From assembly GCA_012295275.1 (NCBI GenBank), contig CM022678.1:16492001-16556000 (forward strand): a stretch of 64,000 nucleotides of DNA. The letters are read 5' to 3'. The translations under genes were made by a program, and so were the position numbers. Positions within the stretch are counted from its first letter, which is position 1; the number at the start of each line of letters is the position of its first letter. The DNA is from Chrysomallon squamiferum (Eukaryota > Animalia > Mollusca). Shown here piece by piece: positions 11,581 to 23,957 of the stretch. Below the pieces are notes generated by a model. That model saw only the letters and a list, made by a program, of their open reading frames with translations, was not told where the DNA came from and made no database searches.

Positions 11581-12235
11581 GTGAGTTCATTTCATTGCAG
11601 GGGTGGAAAGTTGTCCTAATGTTCTCATTTCATAAGAAGTTAATGCTCTTTAAGCATAGTAGAGTAGAAATTTTTGAAATGAAGATTCTTCCTGTTTGAA
11701 CTGTTTTGCATGTTAATTAGCTCATGCTGAGGTTAGAATGGGTAAAACAACATGTTGTCAGGTCATGTGAAGTAGTAGTTACTAAAGAATATGAACAGGG
11801 ATAAAGCTGATTTGATAATTGGATTTTTTTTAAATTTATTTTTAACATCTTTTTATAATAAAAATAATTTTACACTTTTTAACTTCTTATTGATTACATT
11901 GTTGTTTCCAGTATCTGTTCACCAAGATAACATTTAAATAAGAAATAAAAAAATAAATTAAAAACCACAAAAAGAAAAGATCACAATTGATTTCAACTGC
12001 CTGTATTATAATCATACGGTGATGCAACAGTTCTCAAATGAAAAAAAAAATAAAATAAAATAAAATAAAATAAAATAAAAATAATAATAAAGAATATACT
12101 TGTTGCTTTGAAATACACATAATTAAATATATAAATATTTAAATGTTTATAAATGAAAAAAAAAAAAAAAAAAATAATAATAATAAAGAATATAATTGTT
12201 GGCTTTGAACATATTTAAGTAGATATATTTAAGTG

Positions 12236-13104
12236 TTCACATGTGTTTGCTGTGTACATGTGTTTGCTGTGTACATGTGTTTGCTGTTTACATGTGTTGC
12301 TGTTTACATATGTTTGCTGTGTACATGTGTTTGCTGTGTACATGTGTTTGCTGTTTACATGTGTTTGCTGTGTACATGTTTGCTGTGTACATGTTTGCTG
12401 TTTACATGTGTTGCTGTTTACATGTGTTGCTGTTTACATGTGTTTGCTGTGTACATGTGTTTGCTGTGTACATGTGTTTGCTGTTTACATGTGTTTGCTG
12501 TGTACATGTGTTTGCTGTGTACATGTGTTTGCTGTGTACATGTGTTTGCTGTTTACATGTGTTTGCTGTGTACGTGTTTGCTGTTTACATGTGTTTGCTG
12601 TTTACATGTGTTGCTGTTTACATGTGTTTGCTGTTTACATGTGTTTGCTGTGTACATGTGTTTGCTGTGTACATGTGTTTGCTGTGTACATGTGTTTGCT
12701 GTTTACATGTGTTTGCTGTTTACATGTGTTTGCTGTTTACATGTGTTTGCTGTTTACATGTGTTGCTGTTTACATGTGTTTGCTGTTTACATGTGTTTGC
12801 TGTTTACATGTGTTTGCTGTTTACATGTGTTTGCTGTTTACATGTGTTTGCTGTTTACATGTGTTGCTGTTTACATGTGTGTGCTGTTTACATGTGTTTG
12901 CTGTTTACATGTGTTTGCTGTTTACATGTGTTTGCTGTTTACATGTGTTGCTGTTTACATGTGTTTGCTGTTTACATGTGTTGCTGTTTACATGTGTTGC
13001 TGTTTACATGTGTTTGCTGCTAACATGTGTTTGCTGTTTACATGTGTTTGCTGTTTACATGTGTTGCTGTTTACATGTGTTGCTGTTTACATGTGTTGCT
13101 GTTT
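12236..13104 (+). repeat. 15-17 nt minisatellite atgtg(t)ttgctgt(t/g)tac, about 52 copies, running into the exon J acceptor
   Basis: Directly visible; explains the Cys/Val-rich ORFs in all three + frames. Confidence 0.97.
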
Positions 13105-13107
13105 CAG

Positions 13108-13246
13108 GATGTGGTAAATGGGACAGATCGCGAGGCTGTGTTGAAACTGGTGAACGTGGTACCTGGGCGCTACACGTTTGAGCTCAAAGTTACTGACGCC
13201 GAGGGACTGGGTTCAACTGATACAGCTTCCATCATTGTCAAAGAAG
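13108..13246 (+). CDS. KIAA0319L: exon J: DVVNGTDREAVLKLVNVVPGRYTFELKVTDAEGLGSTDTASIIVKE
   Basis: ttcag| at 13107, |gtttgt at 13247; 139 nt. Confidence 0.93.
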
Positions 13247-13380
13247 GTTTGTTTTGTATATTTTTGTTTTATTTTATTAATGAATTTATCTTATTTTATT
13301 ATATTGTATATATTTATTTATTTATTTAGTTTATTTATTTATTTATTAAAAATTAAGTTATATTATTTGTATTATATTAA

Positions 13381-13382
<2 letters not shown>

Positions 13383-13411
<29 letters not shown>

Positions 13412-13662
13412 GTTGTTATTACTATTATTATTATTACTACTGCTACTATTATTATTATTATTATTACTATTATTACTATTATTATTATTAATATTTTTAT
13501 TACTACTACTATTATTATTATTATTATTATTTCTATTATTATTGTTATTATTATTATTACTATTACTATTATTATTACTATTATTGTTAGTGTTATTATT
13601 ATTACTATTATTATTACTATTATTATCATTATTATTATTACTATTATTATTATTATTATTAC

Positions 13663-13711
<49 letters not shown>

Positions 13712-13722
13712 GTTATTATTAC
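13383..13722. repeat. (ATT/ACT)n microsatellite
   Basis: Direct; source of the poly-I and poly-L ORFs. Confidence 0.95.
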
Positions 13723-13997
13723 TTATCCATATTTTTTATTTTTTTTTAATTTTATTTATTTATTGTCTTACAGTTTTATTTTATTTTATTTATTTATTTA
13801 TTGTTTTGGTTTTTTTAATTTATTTATTAAAATTTTGTCATACGTCAGAATACTATTGTTATTACTATCCATATTTGTTTATATATCAATTGAAAAAGAA
13901 AAAAAAAAAAAAATGAAGCTGTAAACACATTTATCTGTAGGAATTAAACTGGATAGTAAATATTTACTGAATAATTTTAATTTTTTCTTTTCTACAG

Positions 13998-14068
13998 ATC
14001 CATATTTAAATGATCTGCTTGAAATTGTGATGGATACCGACATAAAACATTTCACACAGGAAAACAAG
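13998..14068 (+). CDS. KIAA0319L: exon K: DPYLNDLLEIVMDTDIKHFTQENK
   Basis: tacag| at 13997, |gtaaac at 14069; 71 nt, phase 1 to 0. Confidence 0.88.
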
Positions 14069-14418
14069 GTAAACCATTTCTTTTTTTTTGTAAATCAGTT
14101 TATTATTATTTTATATTATTGTTGATGTTATTATTGTTATTGTTATTAATATTTCAGTAGTAGTGATGGAAACCATTAATAGTAGAAGTAGCAGAAGTAG
14201 TAGTATTAGTAGCAGGAGCAGCAGCAATAAGTATAGCAGAGTATTAGGAAGTAACAAATGATAATGATGATGATGATTTAAAAAATAATTAAAATAAGAC
14301 AATATTGCTTTTAATATCCTTTTCTTATAATAAAACTGTAGCTTTTAGAATCATTTTCTTTTGTAGAACATTAATTTGAATTTTTAATATGACATAATTT
14401 TGTTGTTTTTCTGCACAG

Positions 14419-14522
14419 GAGAGTTTGGTGAACACACTACAGTTACTGTTACACAAGTCGACAACAGATGGCAGCACTGTGGTCAAAGTGGAACATCTGA
14501 AACAAGATCCGTCTACAGGATA
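14419..14522 (+). CDS. KIAA0319L: exon L: ESLVNTLQLLLHKSTTDGSTVVKVEHLKQDPSTG
   Basis: cacag| at 14418, |gtaagt at 14523; 104 nt, phase 0 to 2. Confidence 0.87.
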
Positions 14523-14824
14523 GTAAGTACCAGTCTAAAAATGTTTTATTTTATTTTGTTAATTTTTAAGACTGATTTAAAAAAAACTTATATTTAATCA
14601 AAATTGAGGGGAGAAGGTTGGAAAAGAAATTAATAAAAAGGTATAAAATATTAAAAGCAGATTTATTTTTGTAATAAGATTTAACTTGTATAAGATTTTG
14701 TAATAAGATGTGGTTTGTATTATATGGTATTAATATTAATAGAATATTAATTTAAGACAAACTTGTTTATGTATGATAGATATGAAGGACAAGGCTGTTG
14801 TAAGAAATAAATAAAATGGTGTAA

Positions 14825-15066
14825 AATATCAAAATAATATTTATCTTTGTAATAAAGATTTAAATACATGTTATTAAATATTTAAAAATATTTATTTTAG
14901 TAATGAAGATTTAAATATATTGTATTAAATATTTAATATTATTTATTTTTTGTAATAAAGATTTAAATATATTGCATTAAATATTAAAATAATTTTTATT
15001 TTTGTAATAAAAATTTAAATATATCAAATATCAAAATAATTTTTATTTTTGTAATAAAGACTTAAA
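14825..15066 (+). repeat. Degenerate AT-rich tandem repeat of about 40-55 nt upstream of exon M
   Basis: Recurring ttttgtaataaagatttaaatat. Confidence 0.75.
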
Positions 15067-15101
15067 ACGTTACTAATAATGATGTACTTGTGGTGTTGCA
15101 G

Positions 15102-15247
15102 TCTACACATAATATTTCTGGTGAAGCTGAAACAGAAGGAGAGTGAGACTATCTGGAAAGGAGTTGATGTTCTGAAAATACTCAAAAAGAAACTTGTCTC
15201 TGAGTCCTCCGTGGTTGACTACCCAGTCATCAGCCTTGACACTGTCG
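15102..15247 (+). CDS. KIAA0319L: exon M: YLHIIFLVKLKQKESETIWKGVDVLKILKKKLVSESSVVDYPVISLDTV
   Basis: tgcag| at 15101, |gtgagt at 15248; 146 nt, phase 2 to 1. Confidence 0.88.
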
Positions 15248-15909
15248 GTGAGTTCAGTTTCCTTGACAACCTTCGTAACTAGAACATAGAGAAACACACC
15301 TTTGTCAGTTTGTAGTTAGATACATATACGACATGTATACTTCCAGTTCTTTGTATACATCTATGTGTATGATTTATATTTAGTGTGTGTGTGTGTGTGT
15401 TTGTTTTTTTAATATATGTAAATATTTCAGACAGCTAACTTTTTATATTATGTTAAAAACAATTTGTATGATTTATTTATAATTATGCAAATGTCTTCTT
15501 TTATTCTGTAAAAAAAAAGAAAATGTAAAAAAAAATGTGTCTGTGTGTTTGTATGCTACAAGTTCTGCTTTTTAACATATATTTATTTTTATTGTTGTTC
15601 CTGTGTTATAGTCTGGAAACAATCTTACAAATAATGATGAGATTATTTTTTTAAATTTAAATATTATTCGTCTGCATAATCTCATTGTCAAGCCAGTGAG
15701 ACAGCCATGTTGAAAATTTGAATATGATCAATATCTGATAAATCTGCCAGTTTTGTTTTCCATATGAGTGGTTTCCACAAATGAAAAAAAAAAAAATGTA
15801 GTTCATCAGATTTAACTTCAGGTTTCTTTTCTCATTGACCCAGTTTTCTTTAACTGTGTATTCATGAGCGAATGCAATTACAGAATTAAAAAGTAGTGTA
15901 AATGTAATG

Positions 15910-16533
15910 TGATTTGTCTTGTGTATTTGTTTATCTGTTTGTTTGTTGTTTATTTGTCTGTTTGTTTATTTGCTTATTTATTTTTTATTTATTTATTTAT
16001 TTTTTATTTATTTTTTATTTATTTGTTTATTTGCTTATTTATTGTTTTTATTTATTTGTTCATTATTTATCTATTTATTTTGTTATTGTTACTTATTAAT
16101 TAATTAATTTATTTATTATTATTATTTTGTTTTTAGTTAAGTATCTATTTTTTATTAATTTATTTATTTGTTATTATATTTATTTGTTATTATATTTATT
16201 TATTTACTTGTTACTTATTTGTTTGTTTATCTATTTATTTATTTATTTGTTTGTTTATTTAGTTATTTATTTATTTGTTGTTTATTTATTTATTTGTTTG
16301 TTTGTTTGTTTATTTATTTATTTATTTGTTAATATTTATTTATTTATTTGTATTTATTTTTATATTTTTGTTTATTTGTTCATTTATTTATTTGTTTATT
16401 TGTTTGTTTATTTGTTTGTTTGTTTATTTCTTTCTTTATTTGTTTGTTTGATTGTTTGATTGTTTGTTTGTTTATTTGTTTGTTTATTTCTTTCTTTCTT
16501 TATTTGTTTGATTGTTTGTTTGATTGTTTGTTT
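15910..16533. repeat. (TTTA/TTTG)n low-complexity tract ending at the exon N acceptor
   Basis: Direct. Confidence 0.9.
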
Positions 16534-16536
16534 CAG

Positions 16537-16659
16537 TTTGTCAGAACAACTGTTCGGGACATGGTCACTGTGACTACAAGACTAAGCTGTGTATCTGCGA
16601 GGCTTTCTGGATGCAGAATTTCATCACAGCTCTGTTCTTCCAGAAAGAGAGTAACTGTG
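16537..16659 (+). CDS. KIAA0319L: exon N (Cys-rich EGF-like): VCQNNCSGHGHCDYKTKLCICEAFWMQNFITALFFQKESNC
   Basis: ttcag| at 16536, |gttagt at 16660; 123 nt; CSGHGHCD motif. Confidence 0.94.
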
Positions 16660-16675
16660 GTTAGTAGACACACCG

Positions 16676-17345
16676 AAACATTTCACAGCTTCTTGTATTA
16701 TGTAAAAACAGTATTTATTATTTTAGTTATATTATTTATTTATATTGTGTAAATTCAGAGACCTAGCTTTTTTATATTACATTAAAACAATATTTATAAT
16801 ACTTATTTATATTTATGTAAATGTTTCAGACAGCTAGCTTTTTATATTACGTAAAAACAATATTTATTATTTTATGTATATTATTTATTTATATTTATGT
16901 AAATGTTTCAGAAAGCTAAATTTTTATATTACATAAAAACAATATTTATTATTTTATTTATATTATTTATTTACATTGTGTAAATATTTGAGAAAGATAA
17001 AATTTTATATTATGTAAAAACAATATTTATTATTTTATTTATATTATTTATTTATATTTATGTAAATGTTTCAGAAAGCTAAGTTTTTTATATTACGTAA
17101 AAACAATATTTATTATTTTATTTATATTATTTGTTTATATTTATTATGTAAATGTTTCAGAAAGCTAAATTTTTATATTACGTAAAAACAATATTTATTA
17201 TTTTATTTATATTATTTGTTTATATTTATTATGTAAATGTTTCAGAAAGCTAAATTTTTATATTATGTAAAAACAGTTTTATTATATATTTTTTTTAATT
17301 GTGTAAATATTTCACAGTGTCTTACTTTTTGCATTATGTAAAGAT
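16676..17345 (+). repeat. AT-rich tandem repeat of about 70-85 nt (about 9 copies) starting just after the exon N donor; solo copy near 15417-15493
   Basis: Recurring gtaaatgtttcagaaagctaaatttttatattacgtaaaaacaatatttattattttat. Confidence 0.9.
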
Positions 17346-17511
17346 GACAGAGCTAAATATTTGAATAGTTTATCAAGGCATTGTTCTTACAGAAAGAAAG
17401 TGTATTTTGTGAACAAGTGAGATCTCTCTCTCTCTCTCTCTGTCCATATAGCTTACATATCTTTTTACAATCTTGGAACGTTTCATTTATAAAGTGTTAC
17501 TTTATTTACAG

Positions 17512-17608
17512 ATTGGAGTATACTTTATGTTGTCATAGTCTGTTTTGTTGCCATAATAACAGTTGCCGGAGCAACATGGGGCATAATCTGTTGTCTGAGG
17601 TCTAAAAA
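17512..17608 (+). CDS. KIAA0319L: exon O (transmembrane helix): DWSILYVVIVCFVAIITVAGATWGIICCLRSK
   Basis: tacag| at 17511, |gtaagc at 17609; hydrophobic stretch followed by Cys and basic residues. Confidence 0.93.
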
Positions 17609-17805
17609 GTAAGCTTTAAAAAAAATTATATTCATTATTAATATTATTACTAATATTAGTAGTAGTAGTTGTATTGTTATTATTATCATTATTAGTAATA
17701 ATAGCAGTTACAGTGACGGTATTCTATAGATGTAACATTGTTTGTTTTGTGATTTCATTGAATATTCATTTCTTTCGTTTTTTTTAATTTTTATTGATCA
17801 TTCAG

Positions 17806-17900
17806 GTGTAGATTTAAAACGAGGAAAAGACACAGGTATTCTTTGTTGAGAGAAGAATCTGATGATGAAGATAAACATAAATTAGAACTGATGCCTAAAG
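17806..17900 (+). CDS. KIAA0319L: exon P (cytoplasmic): KCRFKTRKRHRYSLLREESDDEDKHKLELMPK
   Basis: ttcag| at 17805, |gtactg at 17901; YSLL aligns with the YTIL Yxx-Phi endocytosis motif of human KIAA0319. Confidence 0.9.
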
Positions 17901-18499
17901 GTACTGCTAATTTGCATAAACAATCATAATACTTTATAATAAAACAATATATATACATTTATGTAGACTTTGATAGCAAAAGGTGAAAGAATGCAATAAT
18001 GATGGGTTTTTGTTTTAATTATTAATTTTTTTGTAGTTTGTTATTTATTAAAATAACTAGAAAATTATTATAATTTAGATTTTATATTTTTTTTTAGTTA
18101 TTGATACTGTATTTTGTACTAACAGTAATGATAATAATAATATTAACAGAAAGAAAAATAATGGTTTATAGATGCTTTTAATCTTGTAGTTTTCTAATGA
18201 TAATAATAATATTAGATATGAAATGAGTAGTTCTTTTATGGCAGAAGTAGAAACTGATGATAAATATTTTTGGAAATGTTTATCATCAGTTTCATAGAAA
18301 AAAACATAAGAAAGACAGAAAAATTAGAAATATCAGCCTAGAGACCCAATATAAAGGGAAAAACAACTAAATATTGTATATTTTAGAATTCATTGGTTTT
18401 AATTATCTATGGATTAACTTGATACTTACTTTTTGTAACATTTAAATTATCTCTGTTTAGACAAGAAGAGGTAGTGTAGTGGGGGAGAGATAGAGTGAG

Positions 18500-18605
<106 letters not shown>

Positions 18606-18674
18606 ATGGCTTGAAGACAGGTTTCTCAACTAACATTAGCCAGTATTAACCTTCTTTTCTTCTTTTTCTCGTAG

Positions 18675-18829
18675 GAAAATTTCAAAATAGCAGTGTTATG
18701 ATTTCAGAATCAGATTTTTCGAGTGAAGAGGAGACCCTGTTCATCAACAGCAAGAAGTCTAACGGACATATACCCAAACCTCTGAACGGACTGTCAAAGC
18801 AGCACTTCCGCACAAAATTAAAAACATAA
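18675..18829 (+). CDS. KIAA0319L: terminal coding exon Q: GKFQNSSVMISESDFSSEEETLFINSKKSNGHIPKPLNGLSKQHFRTKLKT*
   Basis: cgtag| at 18674, TAA at 18827-18829; NSSVMISESDF matches the family tail motif. Confidence 0.92.
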
Positions 18830-21800
18830 CCCAAACCAAAGACGAAGACGAAGAGCAAAGAGAAAAAAAGAATGCTGCATAAACAATAATTCAAGTATTA
18901 TTATTATTATTATTATTGTAATTATTATTAAAGGAAGCAGAGGACCTGTGTACTGTTCTAAAATCCCTCCTTTTTTCTCTGGAGCATCAGTTGATATTGT
19001 GTTTTTATTTCATCGCTCCAAAAGAAAAAAAAAAGAAAAAATGGTTTATAGATGTTTTTAATCTTGTAGTTTTCTAATGAATTATAAATCAATTAGTGCA
19101 ATTTCTTGTGGATTATGCACAAAATACGGATTCATGGAATTCATGGATAATGAGGAACATACTGATGAATGGATTTAGAAGAATTATTGATATAATATAA
19201 AGGAATTAAAAAAAAAAAAAAGAAAGAGAAAAAGATGTGGTATTGTGTTTAACAGGAATTAAAAAACGTTTATAATTTGGCATATACGCATATATTTACA
19301 TATATAATCTGTGCCGTCTGTTGCAAAAGGAATCAAATTTGAGACTGAAAGTTTTGAACAAAGCAAATTATCTTTGAAGTTTCCTCTGATAAAAGGGATA
19401 TTTTGAACTAATTAAATCGTCAAACTTGAGGGATGAGCAGTCTGACATAAACATTGGAACATTCCTAAACTGAAAACTCTTGATTCTGTTTGGCTGAAAC
19501 AAACAGCATAAGATCTATACTAGCAAGCGATTTCCCAAACAATATTTGCTTAAAGATCTTTAGATGTAAATAGCAAGGAGTGAGTGATAGCTAGTATTAT
19601 TTATCAAATAATTCTCCTTGAAGATTGTCAATCTTTTACATAGAGATGACACACAGACAAAAAAATGTTTAGTTCATGCTAAATATTGTTAACTTGTGAT
19701 TCAAAACGTGACTTGTTTTTCACTTGTTAAGTTCACACTAAATGGTTTTGACTTCAGTTGACTAACTGTACACACAGTATTGTGAACTGAGGATGTGGTA
19801 ATACAATTAAAGACATTCACTGAGTCTCTTCAAGTAATGAGTTCACATTATCAAACGATTGCTCAGTCTGAAGATTGAGATTTTTTTGATACATCAGTGA
19901 TTAAAGAGAGATTGCACTAAATTATATAAAGAAAAACAATGATGATTTTTTTTTTTTTTTTGACTAGGATTACAGAGGCATAACACAGAGGAATAGTGTG
20001 AAGTTAAAATTAATTACGATAAAAGAGAGATTTATTCTCAGAACTGTTCAGAAATCAGTTGTATGATCTTTGGACAAAACACTGATTAAGAAGAGACCAG
20101 TTTCTAAAGCAAGTTCACATCACAGGATGTAAAAGTTACTAGAGAGAGATGGGCTGTTATTGAGTGGTTCAGCTGATATTAAATTGTGTCATCTTGAATA
20201 TTAATAGAGATTATGGAGAAGAGCCTCTGCTATGGATTAAGTTCATCCTGTGTGGCGTGATCGTTTTTTTTTTTTTTTTTTTTTTTTTTTTGTCTGGACT
20301 GTGAGATTTGACAGATTTAAATAAGATCACATTAAATTATGTTTCCTTGGATATGAACTGACTTAACAGTATTTTGCACAGGATGTAATTAACACTGAAG
20401 ATGTCTGCAAAGATTCAGTACCTGTGAAGTTTTTTTGATTTTTTTGCTTTTCGAAAGGAAAAAATGAACAGAGGAAACAGTAGAACAATTGCCAAAAACA
20501 TTTACAAAGGATTGACTGGCAGAACCATTTGTGTGAAAAGAGCTGAACGTCAGTCTTGTCAGAATATTTACTAATTCAGAGGTTGAGTGATACAGAAAGT
20601 GATATGGAAGGAATCAAAATTAAACATTGAAGATTAGCTCAGGATCTGTGAAAATAGCTTTATAAGCAGTTTATCAAAGTGAAGATAGTGTGCAAATTTT
20701 ATTTTATTGTTACCATTATTTTATTTATTTTTTTGTGTTTTTTATTATTATTTTTGGATAAACATGAAGATGTGAATAATGATTTTCTGTGAGAAATATT
20801 CTCTCAGTTTCTGGAAACACAAGAAAATTAAAAAATATGATATTGGCATTATGAGACAACTGATTTTACCAGATTCTGTTTTAGACATCCTGTCTTTCAT
20901 TCTTTCTTTTTAATTTTTAGTTTTTTTAATTTATTTAAAATATTTAATTAATTTATTTATTTCAAACTGAAAATCAACAATCAGAAAATGAGTGGTTTTT
21001 TTTTTTTAATGTTATCTTTTAAAAATTTAACAAAAACTTTAAAGAAAATTTGCAATTGCTGATTGTGACTAATTTCTGAAGATTTGGATGTTTTCTTGTA
21101 TGGAGTTTAAACATGATGTCTGTTCCTATTGTAAAAGCTGAGAAGATACATATATCCTGATTTATTGAATTTGATATTGTCTCAAGAAAACTATATTTAA
21201 TACACACATGCATACATACATATGTATGTATACATTCCCATTTAACTGTGAAGAAAAATTTCAAGAAATTAATCAAGAAAACCATTTACAACTGTATATT
21301 CATACCTTGTTAATACACATTCCTTAAGAAAATGTCTGTCCAACATTATCAATATGTTACCAAGGAAACAGCTTCAGCAAATTTTATTATGAAACTGAAA
21401 ACTATATTATGTACATATTTGATGTGGGTTTCTGGAAAAAAACCTAATTGTTTTATGTTACTCTTGTGGATTGAAATATCTTAAAATGTAGGTGGATGGT
21501 TAAATAGAGCATTTTTTTTTTTGCTGTGTTAATTTATAATATTAAAATTTATAATATTAAAATTGACATCCTAAAACATTCCATGGTTGTGCAAAAGTCA
21601 AACATACAATGATGTGTTGAATGGTTGTTAGGACTATATTGTTAACAGATAATTTGACAGTTTTTTTTTGTTTTTTGTTTTTCCCCACTGGTATTTTTTA
21701 ATAAAATATTCAGTGTTTTGAAGTTAAAATAAATTATTCATTCATCAGAAATATTAGTAAATATATTTTTTGATCATTAAAAAAGAATGGAAAAGAAAAG

Positions 21801-23913
21801 AAAATTTGTTACGAAGAATTCATCTTGAAACATATAACACTGTACTGAGAAGTTCTAGTTAGGACCAAAACCACTTTAGTAAAGGAATTAATATTTTATT
21901 TACAGTGGGTCTCTTTACAGATAAAGATAATTTACAAAAACTTCTACTGTATTTATTGTTTACAGATATCACTGCTTTTAAGACAGAAACAGTAATGTAT
22001 AGTCCATTTAGATTTTTATTATTTGTATTTATTTTTTTATTTTATGTCTTTGATTTATATTGGTAATGTGATGGAGATTCGATACATTTTCAATCAAAAA
22101 TAAAAAAAAATTATTTAATGAAACAAATAAATAATTAAATAAATAAAAAAAAAGATGATTTTTTTTTTTTTCCGAATCAAACCAGGCTTTCAGAAATGGA
22201 AAAAATAGAGATTGCAGATTCTTCAAGAAAATAAAAACTGGAAAGATATTTCAATCAGATACATTGGCAGCTACTAATTTTGAAGACCTTTTTTAGGAGA
22301 AGGAAGGAAACGATTTCATAATATAAGGGTAAAAAAATATTTTTGGAAATATTGAAGATAAATGTCAGAGTAAATAAGCCAGGAACAACAACAACCACAA
22401 CAACAAAAAAGAAGTAAAAAAAAAAGAGAGAAAATAAATGTTGCTATTGGACACATAACTAATCAGGTGTTAAAGGGAAGTAACTGCAGTTAAGTGTACC
22501 ATGATGTGTGTTTTCATTGATTGTAATTAAAATAAATCTGAAGAAGAAGAAATCAATCGAGTGAAAAATCAGTTCAGTTTGTGTAATCATCGTAACGGCA
22601 GCTGAAGATTAATATATTTGTAAAGGGGAATAATTCCATCAATATTAATTCAAAGGGAAATAACTCTTCGTTGAATTTGATTATAGAATCCAGTACAAAA
22701 TGGATTTTTATTTGAAAGGCAGTATCGCTAATTCTGGCACCAAATGATACAATAGTTGTAAATGTCTTGCAAAGAGAAATAATTCTATCAATGTTAATTC
22801 AAGGGAAATAACTCTTCATTAGTTATTGTCTGTCCAACTTGAACAAAAATACAGTTGGAAAAACAAATGCAATTATTTGTTTAAATGCTTCTTGTTCTTT
22901 TTTCCTCATTTTGTCTTCAACTTTATTATTATTATAATGTTTTGTTTTTTTGTTTTTTTTTAATTTGTTTAATATTTATGGCATAGTAACTAGTTTAAAT
23001 GTCTGCTTGAAGAAATAATAGTCATGAAGTGGGAGGTTGCTGTAACAGCCTGCTTTAGTCTTGAATAAATAGAAAGGGTTATTTGTAACACCACAGAAAT
23101 ATTGAACATACACACAGGCTATGGCAAATGATCTCTGTAATGAGAAAAGTTTGTATCCTTGTTAAAATGCATACCATGTTATTCTGTTTATATACGTTTT
23201 TCTTTTTGCTCAGATAATTAATTTTGTTGTGCAGAAAAATATGCATTTGTAGGTAACTTTCAAATGTAGCTCAGATGTATGTAGTATGTATGTGTGATAA
23301 ATAGTTTAGCTGATTGAAATTGTAAAAAAATATATTTAAAGATTTGTTTTGTTTCTAAAAACTATTCATTGTGATATTTTTAATGTTGCCTGTTTTTGAG
23401 TGTTTTCAAATGCTATTGTTTACTTATTTTATTGTTTGTTTTGATTATTATTGAATAATATTTGAATTGGTAACTTTTTTTAATTGATAATAATTTTTTT
23501 TTTATTTTATTTTTTTATTTTATTTCAAAAGAAGAAAAAAATGTAGAAATTTAAAATAAAAAAAAAAAAAAATAACAGACATTCATACAGAAAAGCAGAG
23601 AAACCCCATTGATAAAACATCAAAGAAAAAAATTAATTCAGTTTAACAAAGATTTCTGGTACAGGATCCTTAACCTATATTAATAGATATGTGTCAGTTG
23701 TTAACATACCATAATAGTGAGATTTCAAAATAGATAGTAAAACAGTGTCAGAAAACAAGTGTGTTATAAGTTGGATATTTTACATCAGTTAAATTAAATT
23801 TCACTGTGATACTGGGATTTGGTTATGAACAAACGTAACAATCTGTTTTTATTCTGTTAGCCAGTAATATCCTGCTCCAGCATAATACATATCCAGTTAG
23901 AATATAAAGGTTA

Positions 23914-23957
<44 letters not shown>

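Noticed and set aside
12233-13181. Long Cys-rich ORFs of 260-312 aa (metallothionein- or keratin-associated-like)
   Set aside because: Open in all three frames only because the 15-17 nt repeat lacks stops; it lies in an intron of the KIAA0319L-like gene.
13178-13924. Poly-I/poly-L ORFs, and all SLSL, ERER, CVCV, HTHT, MYVC and poly-N ORFs elsewhere
   Set aside because: Translations of di-, tri- and tetranucleotide microsatellites.
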